The notes beneath the pieces are model-generated. The model made no database searches, had not been told where the DNA came from, and saw nothing but the letters and a program-made list of their open reading frames with translations. A stretch of DNA of 62,901 nt, the filler included, from Craspedostauros australis (lineage: Eukaryota), in NCBI GenBank assembly GCA_030167865.1. It is 9 parts of 9 records of this genome, joined end to end, with 100 filler letters (N's around TTAATTAATTAA, not from the genome) between each part and the next. Parts side by side here need not be neighbours in the genome. Positions count along the whole stretch, not along the records: positions 37,862 to 47,299 come from JALAGF010003829.1; positions 47,400 to 52,217 come from JALAGF010003832.1; positions 52,318 to 57,135 come from JALAGF010003833.1; 6 more parts are not named here. One strand, 5' to 3'. Below are positions 45,055 through 57,235 of this stretch, piece by piece; the first letter of the stretch is position 1; each line of letters begins with the position of its first letter. The translations under genes were made by a program, and so were the position numbers.

Positions 45055-45763
45055 TGTCTTTTTGTTTCGCTACACATCCACAACACCTACGACTCTGTTG
45101 GAACCAAACCTTTTGCTCACCAACTCGATCAGCTTCACAACGTCACCAACACATTTGGGTGCACTATGTATGCCACGCATACTACTGTATGTACATATTA
45201 TACTTTCGTGGGTTGTACATAGCTCGTACTATGCTGCGCCATCGCTCTACATCTACCTACACACATACACACATACATACATTCATCACCATTTTGGTAC
45301 TGCGACCATTCCGCTCCACATTCCAACACAACTCTCATCATTGCTGGATCGGCACCACCATTTGATTTCATACTCGGCTGTTGTGTGAGAGCAAATAACT
45401 AGAGAGCAGAATACGATTGGACGATAGCATCCTTCTTTGGGGTATCCTCATCGTCGTGTGCTTGTACTGTTGCTGGTGTTGGTCCCGATACTCTTCGAAT
45501 GCCACCCCACCTCGTCCCCAACTTGCACCCTTCCGAACTTCTCCTGCTTCGTCATGGTGCCTGGTGCCATTCGTTCTCCTCCTCCAAATCTCGATCTGTA
45601 TGGTGTTGTCCGTACGTAAACGTACTTTTGGAATGGAGTAGTGGTGTTCGCGCCCTTCTCCGCATCATCTGCCTCCTCCATCTCATTCTCACCTTCCACA
45701 AACCCCGCTCACGGTCATGCACTGGTACAGTGATACAGTGACACCCACAAAACTATGATGGCT

Positions 45764-47299
45764 CTACAGCTTGCGAATCACCAACACCGTGTCACCGATC
45801 GTCACCTTGTCATTCAGGAACGCGCGGCTGGCCTTGCCCTCCCCAAGCAACACATTACGCACAACCGTAGATCCTCCCTTTAGATCCAAAACCTTCACCG
45901 TTGTCAAGCGCTTCGTGGCATTCAGCTCCAGCCGGACATGGTTCTTCGCAACGCTCGCATCTTTGTGCAGCCTCACCTTCACCTCCGAAGGCTGCTGTTG
46001 CTGTTGTTGCTGCTGCTCTTGCTGTGGTACCTGCGGTTGCGCTTGTTGTTGTGCTCTGGTTCGTGTGCTGGTCCTTGTGCAGATCTGCGTCTGGACGAGG
46101 GAATCCTTCACGGATCCATCAGCAGATGCAGAAGGCAGAAAAGAAGCATTGGAGCCGATGGTGAGGCTGATGATGCCACCCTTCTGGAGTGTGAAGGTCT
46201 CACCTTCGTGTGGACCGCTGATGACGTCCAGCTGCACTCCTTGACGCTGTGCCTGTTTCTGCTGCGGTCGGTCTGATGTTGATGGAACGGACGCTGGTGA
46301 AGCCTCTTCATCCATATCACCAGAAGTGTCGTTCTTCCTGTCGTCGCCCTTTGCGTTGACCTTTGAATCATCGTGATCACCTTCGCTACCATCCACATCG
46401 ATGATCTCCATATCAATATCATCTCCGTGGGCTTGCGACGATGGCCCTGACGGCACCTGTGATACCACCTGTGATGCCACCTGTCCACCTGATCTGTGTG
46501 CTTTGCCTGTGGACTTCAACGACTGTCTCGGTATCGACTTCGACAATGGCTTCACCTTGAACGTCGTGCTGCCAATGCGGAACGATTGATTCAGGAACAC
46601 ACGGCCAGTCTTGCCGATCTTCTGACTTTCCACAAAGATGCCACTCGTCGAGCTGAGATCAGTGAGAGTGACAGAAATGAGCTTCTTGGTGATGTTGAGC
46701 TGCAGCCGCACATGAGAGTCATCGAGATGACTGCCATGCGCGATGTGGTATGTGTGGTTGGCATGACTGGTGTGATTGCTTGGAGCTGCGGCTGCAGGTG
46801 TAAGTGTCGTCGGCTTGGATCCAACGATGATGGTGTCGGACACTCCTTCGATGAGATGAAACTGCTGTTGCTGTTGGTGGTGTTGCTGATGAAGGATGGG
46901 ATCGTATGCGTACCCGTGGTCTACATGGACGGTGATGGTGACACCTGTACTTGTCTTGTTGCGTGTTGTGCTTGATCTGGGTTTGCGTTTCGTCATTGAC
47001 GTGGCTTTGGCCGCGGTTGTGGTTGTGGCCTTGAGTTTGGAAGATGTCCGAGTGTCGATGGTGTTGCCAGCAGCAGGCTTGACGTTCTCTTCATCGAGGA
47101 TGGGGTCCCATTCCATTGGATCATCGTACTGATCATCATCGCTGTCGCCGCCGTCGTTGTCATAATTGTCATCGTTGCTAGCATCACCGATGGTTTGACC
47201 CATCATGTGATCCATCGATCCTTCGGCGCAGGTCACGAACACGGTATCGTCCTGAGCATCATGAGTATCTTGTGTATTGATGTGGATGTACTGCTGTGT
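45764..47299 (-). CDS. 3' part of the kinase gene on the second inverted arm, truncated by the contig end
   Basis: Matches 29410-30945. Confidence 0.85.
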   Translation of the reverse strand, partial: TQQYIHINTQDTHDAQDDTVFVTCAEGSMDHMMGQTIGDASNDDNYDNDGGDSDDDQYDDPMEWDPILDEENVKPAAGNTIDTRTSSKLKATTTTAAKATSMTKRKPRSSTTRNKTSTGVTITVHVDHGYAYDPILHQQHHQQQQQFHLIEGVSDTIIVGSKPTTLTPAAAAPSNHTSHANHTYHIAHGSHLDDSHVRLQLNITKKLISVTLTDLSSTSGIFVESQKIGKTGRVFLNQSFRIGSTTFKVKPLSKSIPRQSLKSTGKAHRSGGQVASQVVSQVPSGPSSQAHGDDIDMEIIDVDGSEGDHDDSKVNAKGDDRKNDTSGDMDEEASPASVPSTSDRPQQKQAQRQGVQLDVISGPHEGETFTLQKGGIISLTIGSNASFLPSASADGSVKDSLVQTQICTRTSTRTRAQQQAQPQVPQQEQQQQQQQQPSEVKVRLHKDASVAKNHVRLELNATKRLTTVKVLDLKGGSTVVRNVLLGEGKASRAFLNDKVTIGDTVLVIRKL

Positions 47300-47673
47300 N
47301 NNNNNNNNNNNNNNNNNNNNNNNNNNNNNNNNNNNNNNNNNNNTTAATTAATTAANNNNNNNNNNNNNNNNNNNNNNNNNNNNNNNNNNNNNNNNNNNNG
47401 ACGTTACTCAACACTGAGAGGGGGTCCAAGTGACAAACACATGCCATCCATGCTCAAACATCGCGAGAAGAGCCCACCCATCGAACACCGACCAGGTGAC
47501 GACCAACGATGGCGGCAAAAGCAATGCGAAGAATGCGAAGAAGCTTCTCATAAAATCGGAAATCACATCTCCACCAACAAAGCTCAACAACGTACTATTA
47601 TACTTACTGCGAGTAGCTCCTCCATTCGAACAAGCCCAGCAAAACCAAACCAAACCAGCCACGCATCAGCACC

Positions 47674-48512
47674 ATGAAGCTCATCTCCATGCCAACCCTC
47701 ATCCTTGCCGTTCTGTACCTGACGGATCTCCACGGCGGCAGCGGTAGCGGCAACGCAGGCGTTGAAGCGTTCACGATCAACGTGATCCCGACCATGCCTG
47801 CGGCTCGTCATGCAGAAGGGCCGTCTATCACTTGCCCAGTTGACACCAAGGCTGCGACGGCCTTGTTCTCCACCGAACAAGGCCAAGTAGGTCCGGACTC
47901 TGTCGCAGAAGCGAGAGACGTGAAAGACAAACTTGCGGTAAGTATCGGAAGAGAAACGAAGGATGGAGACGCCTGCGATCACTGTGCGATATCATATGAA
48001 AGTAATTCATGTCGAGTTATGGTATCGATGTGCAGCAACCGCCCGCCAGATCTGAACGCGCGACTCACACCAATCAACTCTGCTATACTCGGATGTTCTC
48101 CTGTTGTTCAATTTCCGACATACGTAATACATTGGTATGTACTATACCATGTCGACACGCCCACCATATCATATCATGTCATACAATCGTACATCACGCC
48201 ATAACACAATAGCTTGTCAGGGATGACATCGACCAAAATGGTTCAGGTTTGGACTGGGCTAAGGTGGACACCACTCTCGCATCGACCAACCAACTCACCG
48301 GCGCGATGGAAAGAAAGGCGCTTGAATACGCCCCCTTGTCCCCCCAACGTATCCGAATCAACCAGCTCGCGGGGAACAACAACTTGTATCACTCATCAGC
48401 AGTGGCACACAGGGCCAACAGCGATCATGTATCTCTTCGGGCGGATGCAGTGCTCCTCATTGAAGGCTGCGGCGACTACATCTGCATCATTCAACCGGAG
48501 CTCCCCGCATAG
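47674..48512 (+). CDS. Small hypothetical protein with bipartite plastid-targeting-like presequence; exons 47674-47937 and 48213-48512 (187 aa)
   Basis: Hydrophobic signal (TLILAVLYL), VEA-F cleavage-like motif and ..ATALFS transit-like end. Phase-0 GTAAGT..TAG intron. The exon 2 model is less certain. Confidence 0.5.
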
Positions 48513-48859
48513 AGGTGTTGAGCCCCTGTTGCCAGCGTGTCCGAAGGAGGAAGGCTGTTGGCCGTTTCAAAGTCCGAGTTCCACATCTTGCATCCGTGCG
48601 CGATGGATAACCTCACACGAGTGGTCCATGCATGCTCCATCCGGTTTACGATGCATGGTACGAATAGCTCGCCAAGCACAAGGCTGGTTGGCTTCCAACC
48701 ACACGGAACTCATGCAATCTAATGTTAACTCCATAGTGCCATAGCGCCAAACTTGACTCTAGAGAGAGAGAGAGAGAGAGAGAGCATAAATTAAAGCACG
48801 GGCTAGAGTGTGGGTTCGCTCCGTCTATCCGTTTCATTTGTCAGCCCAAACTAGCATCA

Positions 48860-51800
48860 TCACACATCCCAAAAGTACAGCTCGTCAATCTTCAAGCGGA
48901 AATTTCCAGTCCGGAACTCTGCAGAAAGCAAAAGATAGACGTCTCCGTCGATGTCCTTCGGGAAATCAGATGTCACGCAGGATGCGATCGTGTTTTTGCC
49001 CGCAGTCTCGAGGCATCTGAGATTGTTGCAATCATCACCAACAAAGATCGCCATTCTGAAATCCTTGATGAGTTCACACAATGTAACCCGCATTCCCCAG
49101 TGCGTCCTTTGCAGGTCGGATGAAAGAATCTTGTACCATACACCAGGTGAATCGGAACGTGTGGAAGGTCGTGTTGGATACCCACGTGCTTGGCAAAGAT
49201 CAATATCATCGATCATTGCCAATGCCGTGCTGCCTTGCAGTTCGTCGCCTTCGTGCAGAAGAGTTGCACGTTCGCAATGGTCGTTGATCACCGCCGGCTT
49301 GACTTCAACCGATACCAACGACCCGCCTGATGATGTATTGCTGTTCGTCGCACGGGGACGAGCGGAGGCTTCAGCATCATCTTCGGTGCTGTTCCCAACA
49401 TTTTCATCGGATTGAACAGCAGAGATGCGGATGAAGTATGGCTCGCCCAACGTACTCTGCCACGAGATGGAACCGTGCCATATGTATGAGCCATCCGCAT
49501 GGGCAGAAGATAATACCATCGCGCCACCTTCGCTGAGCCATCCATTGACTCGTGCTTGTATCGCACCATCCACGCATTCAAGCTGATCACAGTCCCGTCC
49601 TGAATATACTTCCACTGTGGAGTTGAATCTCGTGTCGAAGCCGCGCGTGGTCACCATCATGTACCCGCCGTTGCCCATCACAGTCAACCACGCAACGTTG
49701 CTGGATGATGACCTGAATTTGAACTCGCATTCGGGTGGTCGATTGGCCTCCCGGCCTTCCTGCTCGCCGCCAACGTTTGTTTCGGTTGGACTTGATGTTG
49801 GTGTTGGCATGACGAACGTCATGTCATCTCTCAGCTCCAACGGGGCTGTGACGATGCCGGAGCAGGTACTCGATGCCTGTGATGCCGAGCGCAGGGCCAA
49901 AACATCCTGATCAAAGAAGGGCTTGGGGTGGCGGATCAGCACGTAGTAAGTGATCCCAGCTTCGCTTGGCCATGTCACCTGAGAGTCGCCGTTGCAGTAA
50001 TCATAACTCGATCCAACGCAACTCAACGCACCGCAGGCACCGCTGTACACGCTCACTTGGGTGTCGAACGGGCTGCGAGTGTGTGTGACTTCACCGCACG
50101 TGGATGCCATCATCGTAGTGCCATCTCCGACAACCGTGTACCAAGCGCCAGGAAAGTTCCACCAATCCGCCGACGGATCGTCACATCGAGAGTCCGTGAT
50201 ATCTGGTCCCAATTCGTTTTCAAGAATCAAATTGATGCGCTTTCCGACCCCAGCAGGTCGAGCTCCGTCACAGGTGTCTACAGATCTCAAAACTGTTATG
50301 CTCAGTTCGAAGACGTGCTGAATACTCGTGGTGCTGGCGTCATTGTCAGTCGCATGCACGAAAAGATTGTACCGTTGGCCGCGCGTGCTTTTCCAATCGA
50401 CATCTCGGTGTCCCATCACAGTATAGCCTATACCGTTGAACTTGAATTCGATGACATCCTCATGATACGTTGCTCCTTCACACTCCAACATGTCGCAACT
50501 GTCGCCACTGTACACTTGAATCGTCATGTTCGCGTTCGAACCAGGGTTGCTGGTGGACGCACGGACGCGCCTGCCATCACCNATGAATGAAAACCATGCT
50601 CCGGTGATATGGGGAGTTTCGGCTTGACCGTCACAAACGCCCGGCACTGCCTCAATCTGGGGATTGGCCCTTCTAGTCACTGAAAGGACTGTGTCGCCCC
50701 GTCCGATTACATTCGTGGGTATGTCATCAACCACGTTGTCTCCGCATGCGGCACCTGCCTGTGTGTGCTCGATCAGCGTTAGGCGCACAGCGATGGATGG
50801 GTATGCATTGTACACCTGGATGTAGTAATCGACCCCATCCTCCGCAAACCATGTTGCGAAGGTATGTTGGCTGCCGTCTCCACCCTGACTGTTACCGTGC
50901 ACGCAACGCAAGTTGTCACAGACGGATGATGCCCCAGCTGGTTCCTGCTGTGCTTGATACACGACGAATCTTGCGTCTCTGGTCAAATGTTTGCTTCTCT
51001 CAAAAGGATTGTCAGCGAGTTTGGTTGTGTCAACCGTCATCTTCACCAATTCACCCATTCCATGGACGTGGAACCAAGCTCCGCCAACCAGCTGGGGGTA
51101 GGCGGCACCGCACATCTCAACGTGGTCATCATTCGTCACCATGGCCGTCGATATCAGCAAGTTGTCAGTGTTGGCGTCACCTGCGTTGCTCGGACGGTTC
51201 ATCAATTCCAGCGTCACCGCATGTTCGCACTCGTCGTATGCAGGGAATTCAACATCAACCCAGGCCTTCCAAGCCTTCCACGGATTCGATGCCGATGTCG
51301 ACGATGGTAGTGCCACTGATGATGACACCGATGAGCTGTCTGCCACGTGCAACGAGTAGTTGCTCTTTGAGAATCCTTCTGTCCCGATCCATACATGATA
51401 GATTGCGTCGATCTCGCTCTCCCACATCACTTGCCCATTCAGCCCACAGAAGTGAGTGCTGGAGTCGATGCAAGTGAGATTGCCACATTCTCCTGCCATC
51501 ACAATCACGATTGTTGGCGTTAGTTGGACTTGATCGAGACATGAGGATGCGATCATCTGCCGACCGGTGCCAATGGTGTAATACCATGAACCCACGAGAG
51601 CCACGTTTCTCCTTTGATACGAATAATCGTCCTGGACGTAGCAATCCATGGCGTTCTCGTCCAGTGCGGCCAGCTTGAATGATCCATTGAAGGATTCGCC
51701 AACTCCGATGAATTCTGCCTCATCGCACACAGTGTTGCCCTCGAGGGGATCGCTTGACACAGAGATGTTGAGCAATGAGGAATCTGGCAAGTCGTCGGAC

Positions 51801-52217
51801 GACCGAGATCTTGCCCCTACTGCAATGCGGTACGTGTAATTTGCCTCACCAATCCAACTCACCGTGGGAGTTAACATCGTGTCATCACCGCAAATGCCAT
51901 GCGTTAATGGGTCGAATCCGGAGACTGCAGAACACAGATAACTGGTGCAGTTCCCGTCAAGCACGCGCACATCCATGAATCGGAAGTCTTTGATAGAGCA
52001 AACGTGGACCGTCAGCTGAGATCTTTCTGCTGGGCTCGTGACCTGATACCAAACCGCGTCCATAGTGGGGGGATTGCTGCTCGTATCCCAACATCCTGCT
52101 ACCGAGCTCGACCTCGTTACCGTGGCTGAGAATTGGATTGGTTCGTCGCCCAATTCCAACTCCACCGCCTTATCGCACTGGTCATTCGGCACGACTTCAT
52201 TGATACTGAGACTAAAC
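48860..52217 (-). CDS. Large Cys-rich tandem-domain protein (at least 7 repeats of ~150 aa), probably extracellular, variant 1, 5'-truncated
   Basis: Frame is open to the contig edge. Repeated N-D-x-C-xx-A ... G(A/V)W(Y/F) ... ASTC ... V(Y)SG-x-C-xx-L-x-C ... W-x-S-xx-G-xx-Y-x-I motif. Confidence 0.85.
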
Positions 52218-52591
52218 NNNNNNNNNNNNNNNNNNNNNNNNNNNNNNNNNNNNNNNNNNNNTTAATTAATTAANNNNNNNNNNNNNNNNNNNNNNNNNNN
52301 NNNNNNNNNNNNNNNNNGACGTTACTCAACACTGAGAGGGGGTCCAAGTGACAAACACATGCCATCCATGCTCAAACATCGCGAGAAGAGCCCACCCATC
52401 GAACACCGACCAGGTGACGACCAACGATGGCGGCAAAAGCAATGCGAAGAATGCGAAGAAGCTTCTCATAAAATCGGAAATCACATCTCCACCAACAAAG
52501 CTCAACAACGTACTATTATACTTACTGCGAGTAGCTCCTCCATTCGAACAAGCCCAGCAAAACCAAACCAAACCAGCCACGCATCAGCACC

Positions 52592-53430
52592 ATGAAGCTC
52601 ATCTCCATGCCAACCCTCATCCTTGCCGTTCTGTACCTGACGGATCTCCACGGCGGCAGCGGTAGCGGCAACGCAGGCGTTGAAGCGTTCACGATCAACG
52701 TGATCCCGACCATGCCTGCGGCTCGTCATGCAGAAGGGCCGTCTATCACTTGCCCAGTTGACACCAAGGCTGCGACGGCCTTGTTCTCCACCGAACAAGG
52801 CCAAGTAGGTCCGGACTCTGTCGCAGAAGCGAGAGACGTGAAAGACAAACTTGCGGTAAGTATCGGAAGAGAAACGAAGGATGGAGACGCCTGCGATCAC
52901 TGTGCGATATCATATGAAAGTAATTCATGTCGAGTTATGGTATCGATGTGCAGCAACCGCCCGCCAGATCTGAACGCGCGACTCACACCAATCAACTCTG
53001 CTATACTCGGATGTTCTCCTGTTGTTCAATTTCCGACATACGTAATACATTGGTATGTACTATACCATGTCGACACGCCCACCATATCATATCATGTCAT
53101 ACAATCGTACATCACGCCATAACACAATAGCTTGTCAGGGATGACATCGACCAAAATGGTTCAGGTTTGGACTGGGCTAAGGTGGACACCACTCTCGCAT
53201 CGACCAACCAACTCACCGGCGCGATGGAAAGAAAGGCGCTTGAATACGCCCCCTTGTCCCCCCAACGTATCCGAATCAACCAGCTCGCGGGGAACAACAA
53301 CTTGTATCACTCATCAGCAGTGGCACACAGGGCCAACAGCGATCATGTATCTCTTCGGGCGGATGCAGTGCTCCTCATTGAAGGCTGCGGCGACTACATC
53401 TGCATCATTCAACCGGAGCTCCCCGCATAG
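52592..53430 (+). CDS. Redundant copy of the small plastid-targeting-like gene
   Basis: Matches 47674-48512 (offset 4918). Confidence 0.5.
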
Positions 53431-53777
53431 AGGTGTTGAGCCCCTGTTGCCAGCGTGTCCGAAGGAGGAAGGCTGTTGGCCGTTTCAAAGTCCGAGTTCC
53501 ACATCTTGCATCCGTGCGCGATGGATAACCTCACACGAGTGGTCCATGCATGCTCCATCCGGTTTACGATGCATGGTACGAATAGCTCGCCAAGCACAAG
53601 GCTGGTTGGCTTCCAACCACACGGAACTCATGCAATCTAATGTTAACTCCATAGTGCCATAGCGCCAAACTTGACTCTAGAGAGAGAGAGAGAGAGAGAG
53701 AGCATAAATTAAAGCACGGGCTAGAGTGTGGGTTCGCTCCGTCTATCCGTTTCATTTGTCAGCCCAAACTAGCATCA

Positions 53778-56700
53778 TCACACATCCCAAAAGTACAGCT
53801 CGTCAATCTTCAAGCGGAAATTTCCAGTCCGGAACTCTGCAGAAAGCAAAAGATAGACGTCTCCGTCGATGTCCTTCGGGAAATCAGATGTCACGCAGGA
53901 TGCGATCGTGTTTTTGCCCGCAGTCTCGAGGCATCTGAGATTGTTGCAATCATCACCAACAAAGATCGCCATTCTGAAATCCTTGATGAGTTCACACAAT
54001 GTAACCCGCATTCCCCAGTGCGTCCTTTGCAGGTCGGATGAAAGAATCTTGTACCATACACCAGGTGAATCGGAACGTGTGGAAGGTCGTGTTGGATACC
54101 CACGTGCTTGGCAAAGATCAATATCATCGATCATTGCCAATGCCGTGCTGCCTTGCAGTTCGTCGCCTTCGTGCAGAAGAGTTGCACGTTCGCAATGGTC
54201 GTTGATCACCGCCGGCTTGACTTCAACCGATACCAACGACCCGCCTGATGATGTATTGCTGTTCGTCGCACGGGGACGAGCGGAGGCTTCAGCATCATCT
54301 TCGGTGCTGTTCCCAACATTTTCATCGGATTGAACAGCAGAGATGCGGATGAAGTATGGCTCGCCCAACGTACTCTGCCACGAGATGGAACCGTGCCATA
54401 TGTATGAGCCATCCGCATGGGCAGAAGATAATACCATCGCGCCACCTTCGCTGAGCCATCCATTGACTCGTGCTTGTATCGCACCATCCACGCATTCAAG
54501 CTGATCACAGTCCCGTCCTGAATATACTTCCACTGTGGAGTTGAATCTCGTGTCGAAGCCGCGCGTGGTCACCATCATGTACCCGCCGTTGCCCATCACA
54601 GTCAACCACGCAACGTTGCTGGATGATGACCTGAATTTGAACTCGCATTCGGGTGGTCGATTGGCCTCCCGGCCTTCCTGCTCGCCGCCAACGTTTGTTT
54701 CGGTTGGACTTGATGTTGGTGTTGGCATGACGAACGTCATGTCATCTCTCAGCTCCAACGGGGCTGTGACGATGCCGGAGCAGGTACTCGATGCCTGTGA
54801 TGCCGAGCGCAGGGCCAAAACATCCTGATCAAAGAAGGGCTTGGGGTGGCGGATCAGCACGTAGTAAGTGATCCCAGCTTCGCTTGGCCATGTCACCTGA
54901 GAGTCGCCGTTGCAGTAATCATAACTCGATCCAACGCAACTCAACGCACCGCAGGCACCGCTGTACACGCTCACTTGGGTGTCGAACGGGCTGCGAGTGT
55001 GTGTGACTTCACCGCACGTGGATGCCATCATCGTAGTGCCATCTCCGACAACCGTGTACCAAGCGCCAGGAAAGTTCCACCAATCCGCCGACGGATCGTC
55101 ACATCGAGAGTCCGTGATATCTGGTCCCAATTCGTTTTCAAGAATCAAATTGATGCGCTTTCCGACCCCAGCAGGTCGAGCTCCGTCACAGGTGTCTACA
55201 GATCTCAAAACTGTTATGCTCAGTTCGAAGACGTGCTGAATACTCGTGGTGCTGGCGTCATTGTCAGTCGCATGCACGAAAAGATTGTACCGTTGGCCGC
55301 GCGTGCTTTTCCAATCGACATCTCGGTGTCCCATCACAGTATAGCCTATACCGTTGAACTTGAATTCGATGACATCCTCATGATACGTTGCTCCTTCACA
55401 CTCCAACATGTCGCAACTGTCGCCACTGTACACTTGAATCGTCATGTTCGCGTTCGAACCAGGGTTGCTGGTGGACGCACGGACGCGCCTGCCATCACCA
55501 ATGAATGAAAACCATGCTCCGGTGATATGGGGAGTTTCGGCTTGACCGTCACAAACGCCCGGCACTGCCTCAATCTGGGGATTGACTCTTCCAGTCACTG
55601 AAAGGACTGTGTCGCCCCGTCCGATTACATTCGTGGGCATGTCATCAACCACGTTGTCTCCGCATGCGGCACCTGCCTGTGTGTGCTCGATCAGCGTTAG
55701 GCGCACAGCAATGGATGGGTATGCATTGTACACCTGGATGTAGTAATCGACACCATCCTCCGCAAACCATGTTGCGAAGGTATGTTGGCTACCTCTTCCA
55801 CCCTGACTGTTACCGTGCACGCAACGCAAGTTGTCACAGACGGATGATGCCCCTGCTGGTTCCTGCTGTGCTTGATACACGACGAATCTCGCGTCTCTGG
55901 TCAAATGTTTGCTTACCTCAAAAGAGTTGTCAGCGAGTTTGGTTGTGTCAGCCGTCATCTTCACCAATTCACCCATTCCATGGACGTGGAACCAAGCTCC
56001 GCCAACCAGTTGGGGGTAGGCGGCCCCGCACATCTCAACGTGATCATCATTCGTCACCATGGCCGTCGATATCAGCAAGTTGCCAGTGTTGGCGTCGCTT
56101 GTGTTGCTGGGATGGTTCATCAATTCCAGCGTCACCGCATGTTCGCACTCGTCATATGCAGGGAAGTCAACATCAACCCAGGCCTTCCAAGCCTTCCACG
56201 GATTCGATGCCGATGTCGACGATGGTAGTGCCATAGATGATGACACCGATGAGCTGTCTGCCACGTGCAACGAGTAGTTGCTCTTTGAGAATCCTTCTGT
56301 CCCGATCCATACATGATAGATTGCGTCGATCTCGCTCTCCCACATCACTTGCCCATTCAGCCCACAGAAGTGAGTGCTGGAGTCGATGCAAGTGAGATTG
56401 CCACATTCTCCTGCCATCACAATCACGATTGTTGGCGTTAGTTGGACTTGATCGAGACATGAGGATGCGATCATCTGCCGACCGGTGCCAATGGTGTAAT
56501 ACCATGAACCCACGAGAGCCACGTTTCTCCTTTGATACGAATAATCGTCCTGGACGTAGCAATCCATGGCGTTCTCGTCCAGTGCGGCCAGCTTGAATGA
56601 TCCATTGAAGGATTCGCCAACTCCGATGAATTCTGCCTCATCGCACACAGTGTTGCCCTCGAGGGGATCGCTTGACACAGAGATGTTGAGCAATGAGGAA

Positions 56701-57135
56701 TCTGGCAAGTCGTCGGACGACCGAGATCTTGCCCCTACTGCAATGCGGTACGTGTAATTTGCCTCACCAATCCAACTCACCGTGGGAGTTAACATCGTGT
56801 CATCACCGCAAATGCCATGCGTTAATGGGTCGAATCCGGAGACTGCAGAACACAGATAACTGGTGCAGTTCCCGTCAAGCACGCGCACATCCATGAATCG
56901 GAAGTCTTTGATAGAGCAAACGTGGACCGTCAGCTGAGATCTTTCTGCTGGGCTCGTGACCTGATACCAAACCGCGTCCATAGTGGGGGGATTGCTGCTC
57001 GTATCCCAACATCCTGCTACCGAGCTCGACCTCGTTACCGTGGCTGAGAATTGGATTGGTTCGTCGCCCAATTCCAACTCCACCGCCTTATCGCACTGGT
57101 CATTCGGCACGACTTCATTGATACTGAGACTAAAC
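53778..57135 (-). CDS. Cys-rich tandem-domain protein, variant 2, 5'-truncated
   Basis: Same as variant 1 except for 13 amino-acid differences in one block. Confidence 0.85.
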
Positions 57136-57235
57136 NNNNNNNNNNNNNNNNNNNNNNNNNNNNNNNNNNNNNNNNNNNNTTAATTAATTAANNNNNNNNN
57201 NNNNNNNNNNNNNNNNNNNNNNNNNNNNNNNNNNN

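Larger units (their letters stand above)
37862..47299. repeat. Large inverted duplication: arms 37862-40737 and 44410-47299 around a unique 3.67-kb spacer
   Basis: The contig ends are exact reverse complements. The outer 1944 bp (37862-39805 / 45356-47299) appear identical and recur at the starts of contigs 4 and 5. The inner ~0.93 kb is similar with many substitutions and indels. Confidence 0.9.
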
